Source: Nitrosopumilaceae archaeon (GTDB taxonomy: Archaea > Thermoproteota > Nitrososphaeria > Nitrososphaerales > Nitrosopumilaceae). From it: DNA of 64,000 nucleotides. Below, piece by piece: positions 31,800 through 41,130 of the stretch; the first letter of the stretch is position 1; each line of letters begins with the position of its first letter. The stretch is taken from positions 1 through 64,000 of the forward strand of contig CBDCCK010000002.1 of NCBI GenBank assembly GCA_965214835.1. The letters are read 5' to 3'. Under the pieces are notes generated by a model. The model was not told where the DNA came from. It saw only the letters and a program-made list of their open reading frames with translations, and searched no databases. Position numbers and translations under genes: made by a program.

Positions 31800-34348
31800 C
31801 CATACGAGCAGAAGTGATGCCGCCGGATTCGGCCCTGCTATTGCTTTCTGCAGACTATGACGAGCAGGCAAACCGCATACGCCTCAGGTTATATGACGAG
31901 CAGGCAGGCAGGCTGCACGTCGTGTACCGGCCTGCCGCGCCAAGCATCTATTGTTACACCAAGACGCGGCGTTCTGCTGCCGCATTGGAGCTGACCAAAA
32001 CAGACCTGGCATCAGATGCCCCATGCAAGCTCTACAAGGAGCACGCAAAGTCGCCGTCTGCAATGGCATCACTTGCCGCGTCCTCAGACATAAAGACGTA
32101 CGAGTCTGACATACGCGCATACGAGAACTATCTGTATGATCACTCTTTGATTTGCGGATGCCACTATAGATTCACCTCCGGCAACAGCAACGGCAGTAAC
32201 AGTCACCTCCTCTCACCAGTAGATACCCAGGTTACTCCTGCAATCGGCGACTCCCTTGGCAAGATAATGTCAAATCTGGAATCAGAGCCCAAGCAGTACA
32301 GACAGCACATACTGATGTGGGCCAGGCTGCTCAGCGAGTCCGTCCCGGACATGCGCCGCGCTGCAGTCGACATAGAGATCTCGATGGACGGACGACAATC
32401 GCCGGACATGGAGGGCGTGCCGCACCGCGTCACGGCAATCGGGATACACGGGAGCGACATTGCCGTATCATACGTGCTTGATCCCGGATGCGATAATAAC
32501 AACAGCGGCCGCCGGATCATAACTGAGAATGCCGTAGGTAATGACGGTGACGGCAAGTCTACGGCGCAAGTCATCCGGTATTCCAGCGAGGCGCAGATGA
32601 TATCTGATGCAATAGCACGGTTGTCTGAATACCCGATCATACTCACGTACTATGGCGACGAGTTTGACCTGCCGTACCTGTACCGGCGCGCATCAAAGAT
32701 CGGGGCGGGTCTTGACGGCCTGCTGGTGCGCTCGGGCGGCAGCACGTGCACCACTGCCAAGTCCATACACCTTGATCTGTACCGCTTTCTCAAGCAGGCA
32801 TCAATCCAGAATTACGCGTTCAGCCACAGGTATTCTGAGTTCTCGCTTGATGCAGTGTGTCGCGCGCTTTTAGGCGAGGAGAAGACAGGCAGCGGCTCGC
32901 AGACAGACTCGATGGATATAGATACGCTTGCCGCATACTGCCACCATGACGCGTACCTGACTTACAGGCTTACCACGTTTGCAGACAACATACTGCTGCA
33001 GCTGATGGTAATGATATCGCGCATATCAAAGCTGCCGCTTGATATCGTGTGCCGCACCGGAGTCTCCACCTGGATCAAGAGCATGTTGTATTATGAGCAC
33101 AGGCAGACTGGCGCAGTCATCCCGCGCGCCGACGAGCTGCAGGAGCGCGTCGGGGAGACTGCAGACGATGCCATAATGGCAGGCAAAAAGTACCGGGGCG
33201 GGCTGGTCCTGAAACCGGAGCCGGGCGTGCACTTTGGCGTTACGGTAATGGACTTTGCAAGCCTGTATCCCAGTATCATCAAGGTAAAGAACGTCTCGTA
33301 TGAGACAATCCGGTGCGTTCATGAGGAGTGCCGGGGCAACATCGTTCCTGGCACGCACCACTGGTCGTGCACAAAAAAGATGGGGATGCTTGCTGGTCTG
33401 GTCGGCTCACTCAAGGAGTTGCGCGTATCGCACTTCAAGCCGCTTGCCAGTGCTACTGGTAATGATATCACGGAGACTGAGCGCAGCCGCTATGACATCA
33501 TCGCCCAGGCCCTCAAGGTAATACTGAATGCCGCCTCTGGCGCAATGGGGTTCGAGTCGTTTCCGCTTTATTTTCTGCCGACCGCAGAGGTCATAACATC
33601 AAGCGGAAGGCAGGCCATAGCAGACGTTGCAGACAGGTGTCGCGAGCTGGGAGTCGGCGTCCTGTACGGGGATACTGACTCTGTATTTGTGAAATGCTCT
33701 GCCGAAGAGACGCTGATGGAGGTCATGCAGTATGCAGCTGATGCCCACCGCGTCGACCTCGAGATAGACAAGCAGTACAGGTATGTCGTGCTCAGCGACC
33801 GCAAAAAAAATTACTTTGGAGTCACCACGTCAGGAAAGGTCGACGTCAAGGGGCTTGCAGGCAAAAAGTCAAACACGCCGGCATGGGTCCGCTCCGTATT
33901 TTCCGGCATACTTGATACCGTTTCGCGCGTCTCCACACATGAGGAGTTTGATGCCGCAAAATCAGACGTCCAGCAGAAGATACGCGATGCGGTGGGATGC
34001 CTATATGACAATACGGTTCCTGTAGACAGCCTTGCTTACAACGTAAAAATGTCGCGCGCGACCGGCTCGTACACAAAGTCCATGCCGCAGCACGTCCGCG
34101 CGGCAAAAAGGCTGGAGGAGGCCACCGGCACCTCCGTCAGCCCCGGCGACACGATCAGGTACGTAAAGACCCAGACCGGGGAGCACGTCGCGCCCGTCGA
34201 GCTTGCACACATTGCCAGCATAGACCGCGCAAAGTATGTCGAGTGCCTCTCCTCCGTTCTGGCACCGGTCATAGAGCCAATGGATATGGACATGGACGTC
34301 ATACTCGGACATGGTAAACAGATCGCACTGGAGAGGTACTTCCAATGA
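31796..34348 (+). CDS. polB: Family B DNA polymerase (RNA-primed, archaeal PolB1-like)
   Basis: ExoI DIE, ExoIII YCxxDA, DFASLYPS, YGDTDS, KKNY, KG motifs. Confidence 0.93.
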   Translation: MTIRAEVMPPDSALLLLSADYDEQANRIRLRLYDEQAGRLHVVYRPAAPSIYCYTKTRRSAAALELTKTDLASDAPCKLYKEHAKSPSAMASLAASSDIKTYESDIRAYENYLYDHSLICGCHYRFTSGNSNGSNSHLLSPVDTQVTPAIGDSLGKIMSNLESEPKQYRQHILMWARLLSESVPDMRRAAVDIEISMDGRQSPDMEGVPHRVTAIGIHGSDIAVSYVLDPGCDNNNSGRRIITENAVGNDGDGKSTAQVIRYSSEAQMISDAIARLSEYPIILTYYGDEFDLPYLYRRASKIGAGLDGLLVRSGGSTCTTAKSIHLDLYRFLKQASIQNYAFSHRYSEFSLDAVCRALLGEEKTGSGSQTDSMDIDTLAAYCHHDAYLTYRLTTFADNILLQLMVMISRISKLPLDIVCRTGVSTWIKSMLYYEHRQTGAVIPRADELQERVGETADDAIMAGKKYRGGLVLKPEPGVHFGVTVMDFASLYPSIIKVKNVSYETIRCVHEECRGNIVPGTHHWSCTKKMGMLAGLVGSLKELRVSHFKPLASATGNDITETERSRYDIIAQALKVILNAASGAMGFESFPLYFLPTAEVITSSGRQAIADVADRCRELGVGVLYGDTDSVFVKCSAEETLMEVMQYAADAHRVDLEIDKQYRYVVLSDRKKNYFGVTTSGKVDVKGLAGKKSNTPAWVRSVFSGILDTVSRVSTHEEFDAAKSDVQQKIRDAVGCLYDNTVPVDSLAYNVKMSRATGSYTKSMPQHVRAAKRLEEATGTSVSPGDTIRYVKTQTGEHVAPVELAHIASIDRAKYVECLSSVLAPVIEPMDMDMDVILGHGKQIALERYFQ

Positions 34349-34439
34349 GCCAGTATGTGATCTGCGTCAAAAATCGCAGCAGACTGCCGCATCCTGGACG
34401 CAGCGTGCCTGTCCCGGCTGAACAGGCCACAAGCCCTGG

Positions 34440-35722
34440 AAATGTGGCAATATTGCCACATTTGTGGAGTGGTAAAGTCGTCAGATTCCGTGGAAAATGT
34501 GGCAAATTGCCACATTTGGGTCTGGCCTCCACAAAACCGTGGAAAATGTGGCAATATTGCCACATTTGGGTAGCAATCTCCAGAATGCAGTCCAGAACCC
34601 GCTCTAGGAGGCCAGAAAATGTGGCAATATTGCCACATTCAGACTGTATGGCCACGGTTACGCGCCTTGGCCGCCTGCAAGACGCCAGAAAATGTGGCAA
34701 ATTGCCACATTCAGGGGTCATATCCAAAGCAGGCAAGACCGATACACACAGGAAAATGTGGCAAATTGCCACATTCAGACTGCCTTGCGCCGGAGGTAAA
34801 CTTGTGCCAGAATCGGCAAAAATGTGGCAAATTGCCACATTTGCATCCGGCCTGCCTGCAAGCCTTGAGAAATGTGGCAATATTGCCACATTCTGGCAAA
34901 GTCGCCTTTATCGTTCTGTAAAATGTGGCAAATTGCCACATTCTGACACCGGCGATAGCCTGAAGAATCCCCTAAAATGTGGCAATATTGCCACATTTGC
35001 ATCCGGCCTGCCTGCAAGCCTTGAGAAATGTGGCAAATTGCCACATTCTGACACCGGCGGTAGCCTGAAGAATCCCCTAAAATGTGGCAATATTGCCACA
35101 TTTGCATCCGGCCTGCCTGCAAGCCTTGAGAAATGTGGCAAATTGCCACATTCTGACACCGGCGGTAGCCTGAAGAATCCCCTAAAATGTGGCAATATTG
35201 CCACATTCTGGCAGCCGTTACATGATTGTGAGATCAGGTCGTGTAAAATGTGGCAAATTGCCACATTTGAGAGGCGGCAGGACTGCCCCGGAACCACTGC
35301 GGAATCCTCAAAATGTGGCAATATTGCCACATTCTGGCGGCCTTTGCACCGCCGTAGGCCAATGCCTCCTCAAAGGCTCCGTAAAATGTGGCAATATTGC
35401 CACATTTGGGCTGAGGCGTGCCTGCATTGGAGTCAGACCTCTCCCAGAGGGTCAGAAAATGTGGCAATATTGCCACATTCTGGCAGGCTTGGGAAGGCAT
35501 TCAAAAAATGTGGCAAATTGCCACATTTGCGTCTGGCCTCTCTGAATCCTTGGAAAATGTGGCAATATTGCCACATTCTGGCGGCACTGTCACGGCCCGC
35601 CGCCGGATCCGCCTGCAAAGCGCTGGAAAATGTGGCAATATTGCCACATTCTGGCTGTGGTGAGCCGGCCACCTGGCCAGACACCTTGCAGAGCCTTGAA
35701 AATGTGGCAATATTGCCACATT
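34440..35722. repeat. Array of 22 palindromes AAATGTGGCAA(T)ATTGCCACATT with ~26-50-bp variable spacers
   Basis: Counted by hand: 13 copies with centre AATATT, 9 with AAATT; includes a 105-bp unit repeated about three times. Confidence 0.95.
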
Positions 35723-35737
35723 CTACCCCCTCCTGCC

Positions 35738-36128
35738 TGTTCCAAAGTTCCAGAGAATCTCAATTCCATTTTCAGGCACAAATGTTCCAAAGTTCCAGAG
35801 AATTCGAATTCCATTTTTGCCTGTTCCAAAGTTCCAGAGGATCCCAATTCCATTTTCAGGCACAAATGTTCCAAAGTTCCAGAGAATTCGAATTCCATTT
35901 TTGCCTGTTCCAAAGTTCCAGAGGATCCCAATTCCATTTTCAGGCACAAATGTTCCAAAGTTCCAGAGAATTCGAATTCCATTTTTGCCTGTTCCAAAGT
36001 TCCAGAGGATCCCAATTCCATTTTCAGGCACAAATGTTCCAAAGTTCCAGAGAATTCGAATTCCATTTTTGCCTGTTCCAAAGTTCCAGAGAATTCGAAT
36101 TCCATTTTGGGGGTGTTCCAAAGTTCCA
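35738..36128 (+). repeat. 10 copies of TGTTCCAAAGTTCCA in alternating 45/39-bp units (84-bp period)
   Basis: Starts at 35738, 35783, 35822, 35867, 35906, 35951, 35990, 36035, 36074, 36114. Confidence 0.95.
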
Positions 36129-36266
36129 GATGGGGAGTGCCTGCTTAGGGAGCCGGAGTCATGAACAGGGAAGAGCGAAGGATGATCCGCGAGGAAATCA
36201 GGCATCTCAGGGCGCAGAAAAGGAGATCGAGGCTCATATCAGACGGAAACTGGAGGATCTGAAAAA

Positions 36267-36452
36267 ATGAAATCCGATCTGAAAAAGGCATCAGAAGAAG
36301 TGACCATATCATTGGAGCATATAGCTGGCGCACTGGCATGTATTGACATGGGTGAGTTTCCGAAAATGGATGATCAACTAAAGAAACAACTACTGGAACT
36401 GTCTACGGTGGCTGCTGCGTTGGATACCATATGGGAGGAGAATGAAAAATAA
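36267..36452 (+). CDS. Small hypothetical protein
   Basis: 61 aa; overlapping stop/start with the next gene. Confidence 0.55.
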   Translation: MKSDLKKASEEVTISLEHIAGALACIDMGEFPKMDDQLKKQLLELSTVAAALDTIWEENEK

Positions 36453-36628
36453 TGCACATGTGGAAGGTTTTGCGTCTGGACAGTGAAGGAACATGGTATC
36501 CGGACACGTTTGATAACAAGGAAAGCGCGATGAAAGGGCTGGAGCGGGAACTGACCAAGGACTTTATCCGTGTAGAGATACTGGACATAACAGTACCAGA
36601 CGACGAGGAGGTTGATGCCGATGCCTGA
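36452..36628 (+). CDS. Small hypothetical protein (58 aa, not in ORF track)
   Basis: MHMWKVLRLDSEGTWYPDTF...EEVDADA*; TAATG coupling, GGAGG upstream. Confidence 0.55.
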   Translation: MHMWKVLRLDSEGTWYPDTFDNKESAMKGLERELTKDFIRVEILDITVPDDEEVDADA

Positions 36629-36782
36629 TCCCATCTGCGACGGCTGCGGCGAGCGATACCTTCCTGGCACCGGCCGGGAGGGATACTGCGCTGCCTGCAA
36701 GGCCGAGTTTGACCGGGATTTCGAGGCCGACATCTCCCGGGTAAAAAGAGCGATAAAGAAAGAGGTTGATGCCGATGCCTGA
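36621..36782 (+). CDS. Small Zn-finger protein (53 aa, not in ORF track)
   Basis: MPDPICDGCG...YCAACK; RBS-like GAGG; overlaps both neighbours. Confidence 0.6.
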   Translation: MPDPICDGCGERYLPGTGREGYCAACKAEFDRDFEADISRVKRAIKKEVDADA

Positions 36783-37980
36783 CATTCCGATTGATGACAT
36801 AGTGATTGGCACGCGCTTTCGCGGCGACGTGGGGGACATCACGCAGCTTGCCGAGTCAATCAGCGATATAGGCCTGCTACACCCAATAGTCCTTGATTCA
36901 GACCACAGACTCATTGCCGGACTGCGCCGCATCGAGGCATACAAGCATCTGGGGCTTGCGAGCATACCATACCATGCCGTCGGCAACAACAAGGACAGCC
37001 CCGAATGTGAAATCCATGAAAACAGCCTCCGAAAATCATTTGGCATAAGCGAGGTCGTCTCGATATTCAACCATGTCAAGGAGTCAAAAAAGCAAAAGCC
37101 TGAAAAGGAAAAAGATGATGCGGTGACTGCCGAAACCCCCGGTGACGCACCGGGTAAAAACGGCAAAAATAACGGCCGCACCCGCGACGTGGTATCTGCC
37201 ATTACAGGATACAGCCCCCGGCAGGTGCAAAAGATGTCGGATCTGGTAAAGCGCGCCGGCCAAAAGCCAGAGTACTGCAAGCTGTTGCAGGACGTCGAAT
37301 CAGGCAAAAAATCAGTAAACACCGCACACAAGATAGCCATGCGCGAGGAGCGCGCGATGCCAAAGGCCGAGATGCCCGACGGCATATACGACGTGATTTT
37401 GTGCGACGTGCCAATCCGGTATGATACCACCACGCGTTCGGACGGGGCTGCCGACCACTATTCCATGATGACAGTCGACGAGTTGTGTGAGCTTCAGGTG
37501 CCGGCTGCGGCCAACGCCGTCATCTTCTTCTGGATGTCTCCATCGATAATGTATGATACCGTCCCCCGGCAGGTTGCCATAACAGACGAGGAGGGCGGCG
37601 GCATGATCCAGGGAACGGTTGATGTCCCCGTGTACAAGGCCATACTGGATTCATGGGGATTCACCCGTGTAAAGGGGGAGTTCAGCTGGGACAAGGAGAA
37701 GATGGGCAGCGGGTATATCGTGCGCGGCCAGCACGAGAACTGCATCATTGCGCACCGCGGCAGGATGCCGGCGCCTGCCGAGTCATTCCCGTCTGTCATC
37801 CGCGCGCCCCGCCGGCAGTTTTCGCGCAAGCCCGACGAGATGTACGGTATCATAGAGAGGATGTATCCGGGCAGGCACAAATATCTGGAGCTGTTTGCGC
37901 GACAGCAGCACAGCCCCGCATGGGACACGTACGGGAACCAGACGGCTCACTTTGAGGAGGGGGGTGCCGGCGATGAGTGA
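36775..37980 (+). CDS. ParB/Srx N-terminal domain fused to MT-A70-like methyltransferase
   Basis: LAESISDIGLLHPI..LIAGLRR..EIHENSLR; C-terminal WDK, RGQHE, SRKPDE, YLELFAR. Confidence 0.85.
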   Translation: MPDIPIDDIVIGTRFRGDVGDITQLAESISDIGLLHPIVLDSDHRLIAGLRRIEAYKHLGLASIPYHAVGNNKDSPECEIHENSLRKSFGISEVVSIFNHVKESKKQKPEKEKDDAVTAETPGDAPGKNGKNNGRTRDVVSAITGYSPRQVQKMSDLVKRAGQKPEYCKLLQDVESGKKSVNTAHKIAMREERAMPKAEMPDGIYDVILCDVPIRYDTTTRSDGAADHYSMMTVDELCELQVPAAANAVIFFWMSPSIMYDTVPRQVAITDEEGGGMIQGTVDVPVYKAILDSWGFTRVKGEFSWDKEKMGSGYIVRGQHENCIIAHRGRMPAPAESFPSVIRAPRRQFSRKPDEMYGIIERMYPGRHKYLELFARQQHSPAWDTYGNQTAHFEEGGAGDE

Positions 37981-38917
37981 TCTTGAAGGTGTCGCATCGC
38001 GCATAACAGATGAGACCCCCATGATCTCCCTTGAGCACACCGGCGAGATCCTCGCGTATGTCGACGGCGCATACGTGCCCGGCGGCGAGATCATAGTCGA
38101 GCAGTCCTGCGAGGAGCTGATACCCGACTGCACGACTGAGGCCCGCGAATCCGTCCTGGAGATCGTCCGCCGCGCCACCGTGACCCCGCGCATGTGCTGC
38201 GATCCCCCCGGCCTCCTGGTGTGCTCAAACGGCCTGCTCGATCTGCACACCATGAGCATCGAGTCCCACTCGCCGCTTGTCCGGTGCAGGACAAAGCTTG
38301 ACGTGGAATACGACCCGTGCGCCAGGGCGCCGCAGTACACGGACATGATATACCGGATTCTGCCTGACGGGCCCTCCCGCGAGGCCCTGCACCGGGCCTT
38401 TGGTTCTGCGCTGCTCAGGGCGTCCTGTCCCCCTCCCGCCCCCGCCCTGCTGCTTGGCGGCGCTGCAGGCGTCGAGGGGCACGACCTGGTGCTCGGAATC
38501 ATGGAGCGCGTACTCGGCCCCAGGAATGTCGCGCACCTCAGGCCGTCAGACGTCATGCACCACCCGTACATGAGATCCCAGCTTGACGGCAGGATTGCCA
38601 GCATATCAAGGTATAACACGGTCTCGGAGCTGCTGCACGTCGCACACGGAAGAGGCATCCTTGCCTCGCCTGCGCTTGCCGTGCAGCAAAAGGGCGCAGG
38701 CCAGTACCTCATACCAAACCACGCCCGCCTGTTTCTCTCATGTAATGACCCGCGCCCGCCTGCGCGCATCCTGTCCCATTTTGGCTGCGTGATACGATTT
38801 TCTGACTGCGGCGACTGCGGGGCGGACTCTGATTTGGATTCCCTGCTTGCCGGCCCCGAAAGATCCGGCATATTGAACCTGCTCATCGAGGCGGCCGGCG
38901 GAGGTGCCATACAGTGA
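37973..38917 (+). CDS. Degenerate D5/P4-like helicase paralog
   Basis: Colinear with the core of 38914-41130 (NGLLDL, KLDVEYDP, LDGRIA, NHARL) but Walker A lost. Confidence 0.75.
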   Translation: MSDLEGVASRITDETPMISLEHTGEILAYVDGAYVPGGEIIVEQSCEELIPDCTTEARESVLEIVRRATVTPRMCCDPPGLLVCSNGLLDLHTMSIESHSPLVRCRTKLDVEYDPCARAPQYTDMIYRILPDGPSREALHRAFGSALLRASCPPPAPALLLGGAAGVEGHDLVLGIMERVLGPRNVAHLRPSDVMHHPYMRSQLDGRIASISRYNTVSELLHVAHGRGILASPALAVQQKGAGQYLIPNHARLFLSCNDPRPPARILSHFGCVIRFSDCGDCGADSDLDSLLAGPERSGILNLLIEAAGGGAIQ

Positions 38918-41130
38918 GCGGCAGCACGCACGCAGAAAAGTTCGGCTGCACTGCCAGGATGATCGACGACTTTCTGCACAGGTGTGTCAGGCAGAATCAC
39001 GGGATACTGTCAGCCAGGTGCAGCGCCGGGACGCACGACATAGATCCCGAGAGGCCCGCGTACGTCTTTGCCGGCGAGACAGGCAACCTGACTGACTCGT
39101 ACTGCCACATGGCAGAGTGCTTTCTGTCCGTGCTGGATCCTGCGACGATAAGGTCCATGCATGATGGCGGCAACCGCAGTAGTAGTGGTGGTGGTAATAA
39201 CGGCGACAGGAAGACTCCTGCCGCTGCCGCTGCCGCCTCTGCGGCCCGCCGTGGAAGCGCGTCGCCCGTAAAGCGCAGGCGCGTCTCGTACCAGTGCTTT
39301 GACTGCGACAACCGCCGGGGCTCATACAAGGACTTTGAGGAGTGCCGACGCCTCCGGCACGACGTCGTCCCGTACTCGGAGGGCCCTCCGCCCCCGTCGA
39401 CGTCGCCGTCCCCCTCAGGGGATTCGGCTGCGGCAGCCGCAGCGGGTGGTGACAGGACTGCGGCTGCCGCAACAACCGCAGGTGGCGGCGGTAATGGCGA
39501 CAGGCCGACTCATACGGATCACGCGATGGCAATCATGGCAGACTATAATTTTTTGACCCTGAATGACACCCGCGAGATACTCGTGTACCGCGACGGCGTG
39601 TACGTGGCCGGCGGCGACATCGTAATAGAGGAGGAGGCAGAGCGCCGCGTCCCCGACTGCGCTACCGTCATGCGCAAGGAGATCCAGAATACCATACGGG
39701 CGCACACGTACGTTGACAGGAGGCTGTTTGATTCTGATGACTCCAAGCTGGTGGTTGAAAACGGCGTGCTTGACCTGGTTACGGGCAAGCTCGGCGCGCA
39801 CACGCCGCACGAGCCGTGCCGCATAAAGCTCAACGTCGCCTATGATCCGGACGCCCTGTCACCCCACTATGACGAATTTATGAGCCGCGTCGTCCCCGAC
39901 GAGGAGGACCGCCTCACCCTGCACGAGTTATTTGGCGCGGCGCTGTTGCGCAACTCGCCTAATCTGGAAAAGATAACGATGTGCACCGGCGAGGGCGCCA
40001 ACGGAAAGTCGACGCTGCTCGGCGTGTACAACGACATACTTGGAAACCAGAACGTGGCGCACGTCTCCATACACGACCTGATAAACCACAGGTTCATGCG
40101 CTCGAACCTTGACGGCAAGCTGGCAAACATCTATGCGGACATCAGCAACAACGAGCTGGAGCACATGGGAGTGGTAAAGTCGCTTGTCACAGGTGAGACT
40201 GTGACCGTCGAGAAAAAGGGCACCAACAGCTTTGACATTGAGAACCACGCAAAGCTCATCTTCAGTTGCAACCGCCTGCCGGAGATATCAGAAGACAGTG
40301 ATGCCATATTCAGGCGCTTTGTGATAATACCGTTTACCGTCAGGATACCCGAGGATGAGCGCAACCCGGCCCTCAAGGGAGAGCTGCTAAAGGAAAAGTC
40401 GGGGATATTCAACATACTGCTGAAATGCGCGCTGGAAGTCAGGCGCGCCGGCGCGCTGACTCACGGCGGCACAACAATGGAGACGCGCCGCGCCTGGAAG
40501 GGTATGGCCGATCCCGTCGAGGGCTTTTCTGCCGGTCATCTGTCCAGGGAGCCCGGACACAACGAGCCAAAGTCGGCCGTGTACGAGGCGTACGTGGCGT
40601 GGTGCAGCAACGCCGACCTCAAGCCCAAGACCAAGCAGGCCTTCTCTGCGCGCATGGAGCGGCTCAAGTACAGGTGGGGCAAGGCGCGCATTGACGGTAA
40701 GTCAGTCAACGCGTGGCTGGACGTCCGCTTATTTTCCGGCGAGCAGGCAGGCGATCCGACCGTGGCAGGTGGCGGTGGTGGTGATGATGATGGCATCGGT
40801 GGTGGTGATGATATCTTGCGGCCTGCGGCAGGTGGCGGTGGCAGCAGCAGTGGTAGTGGTGATGATGATAGTGGGACTGCTGACGGCAGTAGCAGTGACC
40901 GCCCCGGTGATGATTCAAAGCGATGGTCCGAGATGGTGCCCGAGTCCGAGATGGTGCCCGGCACCACATACTATGAGTGCCGCACGTGCGGCGCCGGCCC
41001 GTACACCGGCGGTGCCACCGGCATCGGCGGGCGCCTCATCTCCGACGTCCACCGCTCCATGGGACACGACTATGGGCCGTGTAAGGATGCAAAAAAGGAC
41101 GGGAAGGAGGATGGTGACGGCGGCACATGA
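38914..41130 (+). CDS. D5/P4-family SF3 helicase (phage/plasmid primase-helicase C-terminal type) with Zn-binding extensions
   Basis: ENGVLDL, GEGANGKST, KLIFSCNRLP, AIFRRF, C-terminal wHTH-like segment. Confidence 0.9.
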   Translation: MSGSTHAEKFGCTARMIDDFLHRCVRQNHGILSARCSAGTHDIDPERPAYVFAGETGNLTDSYCHMAECFLSVLDPATIRSMHDGGNRSSSGGGNNGDRKTPAAAAAASAARRGSASPVKRRRVSYQCFDCDNRRGSYKDFEECRRLRHDVVPYSEGPPPPSTSPSPSGDSAAAAAAGGDRTAAAATTAGGGGNGDRPTHTDHAMAIMADYNFLTLNDTREILVYRDGVYVAGGDIVIEEEAERRVPDCATVMRKEIQNTIRAHTYVDRRLFDSDDSKLVVENGVLDLVTGKLGAHTPHEPCRIKLNVAYDPDALSPHYDEFMSRVVPDEEDRLTLHELFGAALLRNSPNLEKITMCTGEGANGKSTLLGVYNDILGNQNVAHVSIHDLINHRFMRSNLDGKLANIYADISNNELEHMGVVKSLVTGETVTVEKKGTNSFDIENHAKLIFSCNRLPEISEDSDAIFRRFVIIPFTVRIPEDERNPALKGELLKEKSGIFNILLKCALEVRRAGALTHGGTTMETRRAWKGMADPVEGFSAGHLSREPGHNEPKSAVYEAYVAWCSNADLKPKTKQAFSARMERLKYRWGKARIDGKSVNAWLDVRLFSGEQAGDPTVAGGGGGDDDGIGGGDDILRPAAGGGGSSSGSGDDDSGTADGSSSDRPGDDSKRWSEMVPESEMVPGTTYYECRTCGAGPYTGGATGIGGRLISDVHRSMGHDYGPCKDAKKDGKEDGDGGT

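Noticed and set aside
31796-34348. Casposon interpretation of PolB
   Set aside because: No Cas1, no terminal inverted repeats seen, and the polymerase looks RNA-primed PolB1-like
34440-35722. CRISPR array call
   Set aside because: Repeat is a full palindrome in two variants, spacer lengths range widely, spacers are mutually related or duplicated, and no leader or cas genes are visible
34036-36205. Many overlapping ORFs with MWQYCHI/NVAILPH/FQSSREF repeats on both strands
   Set aside because: By-products of stop-free DNA repeats; no consistent frame
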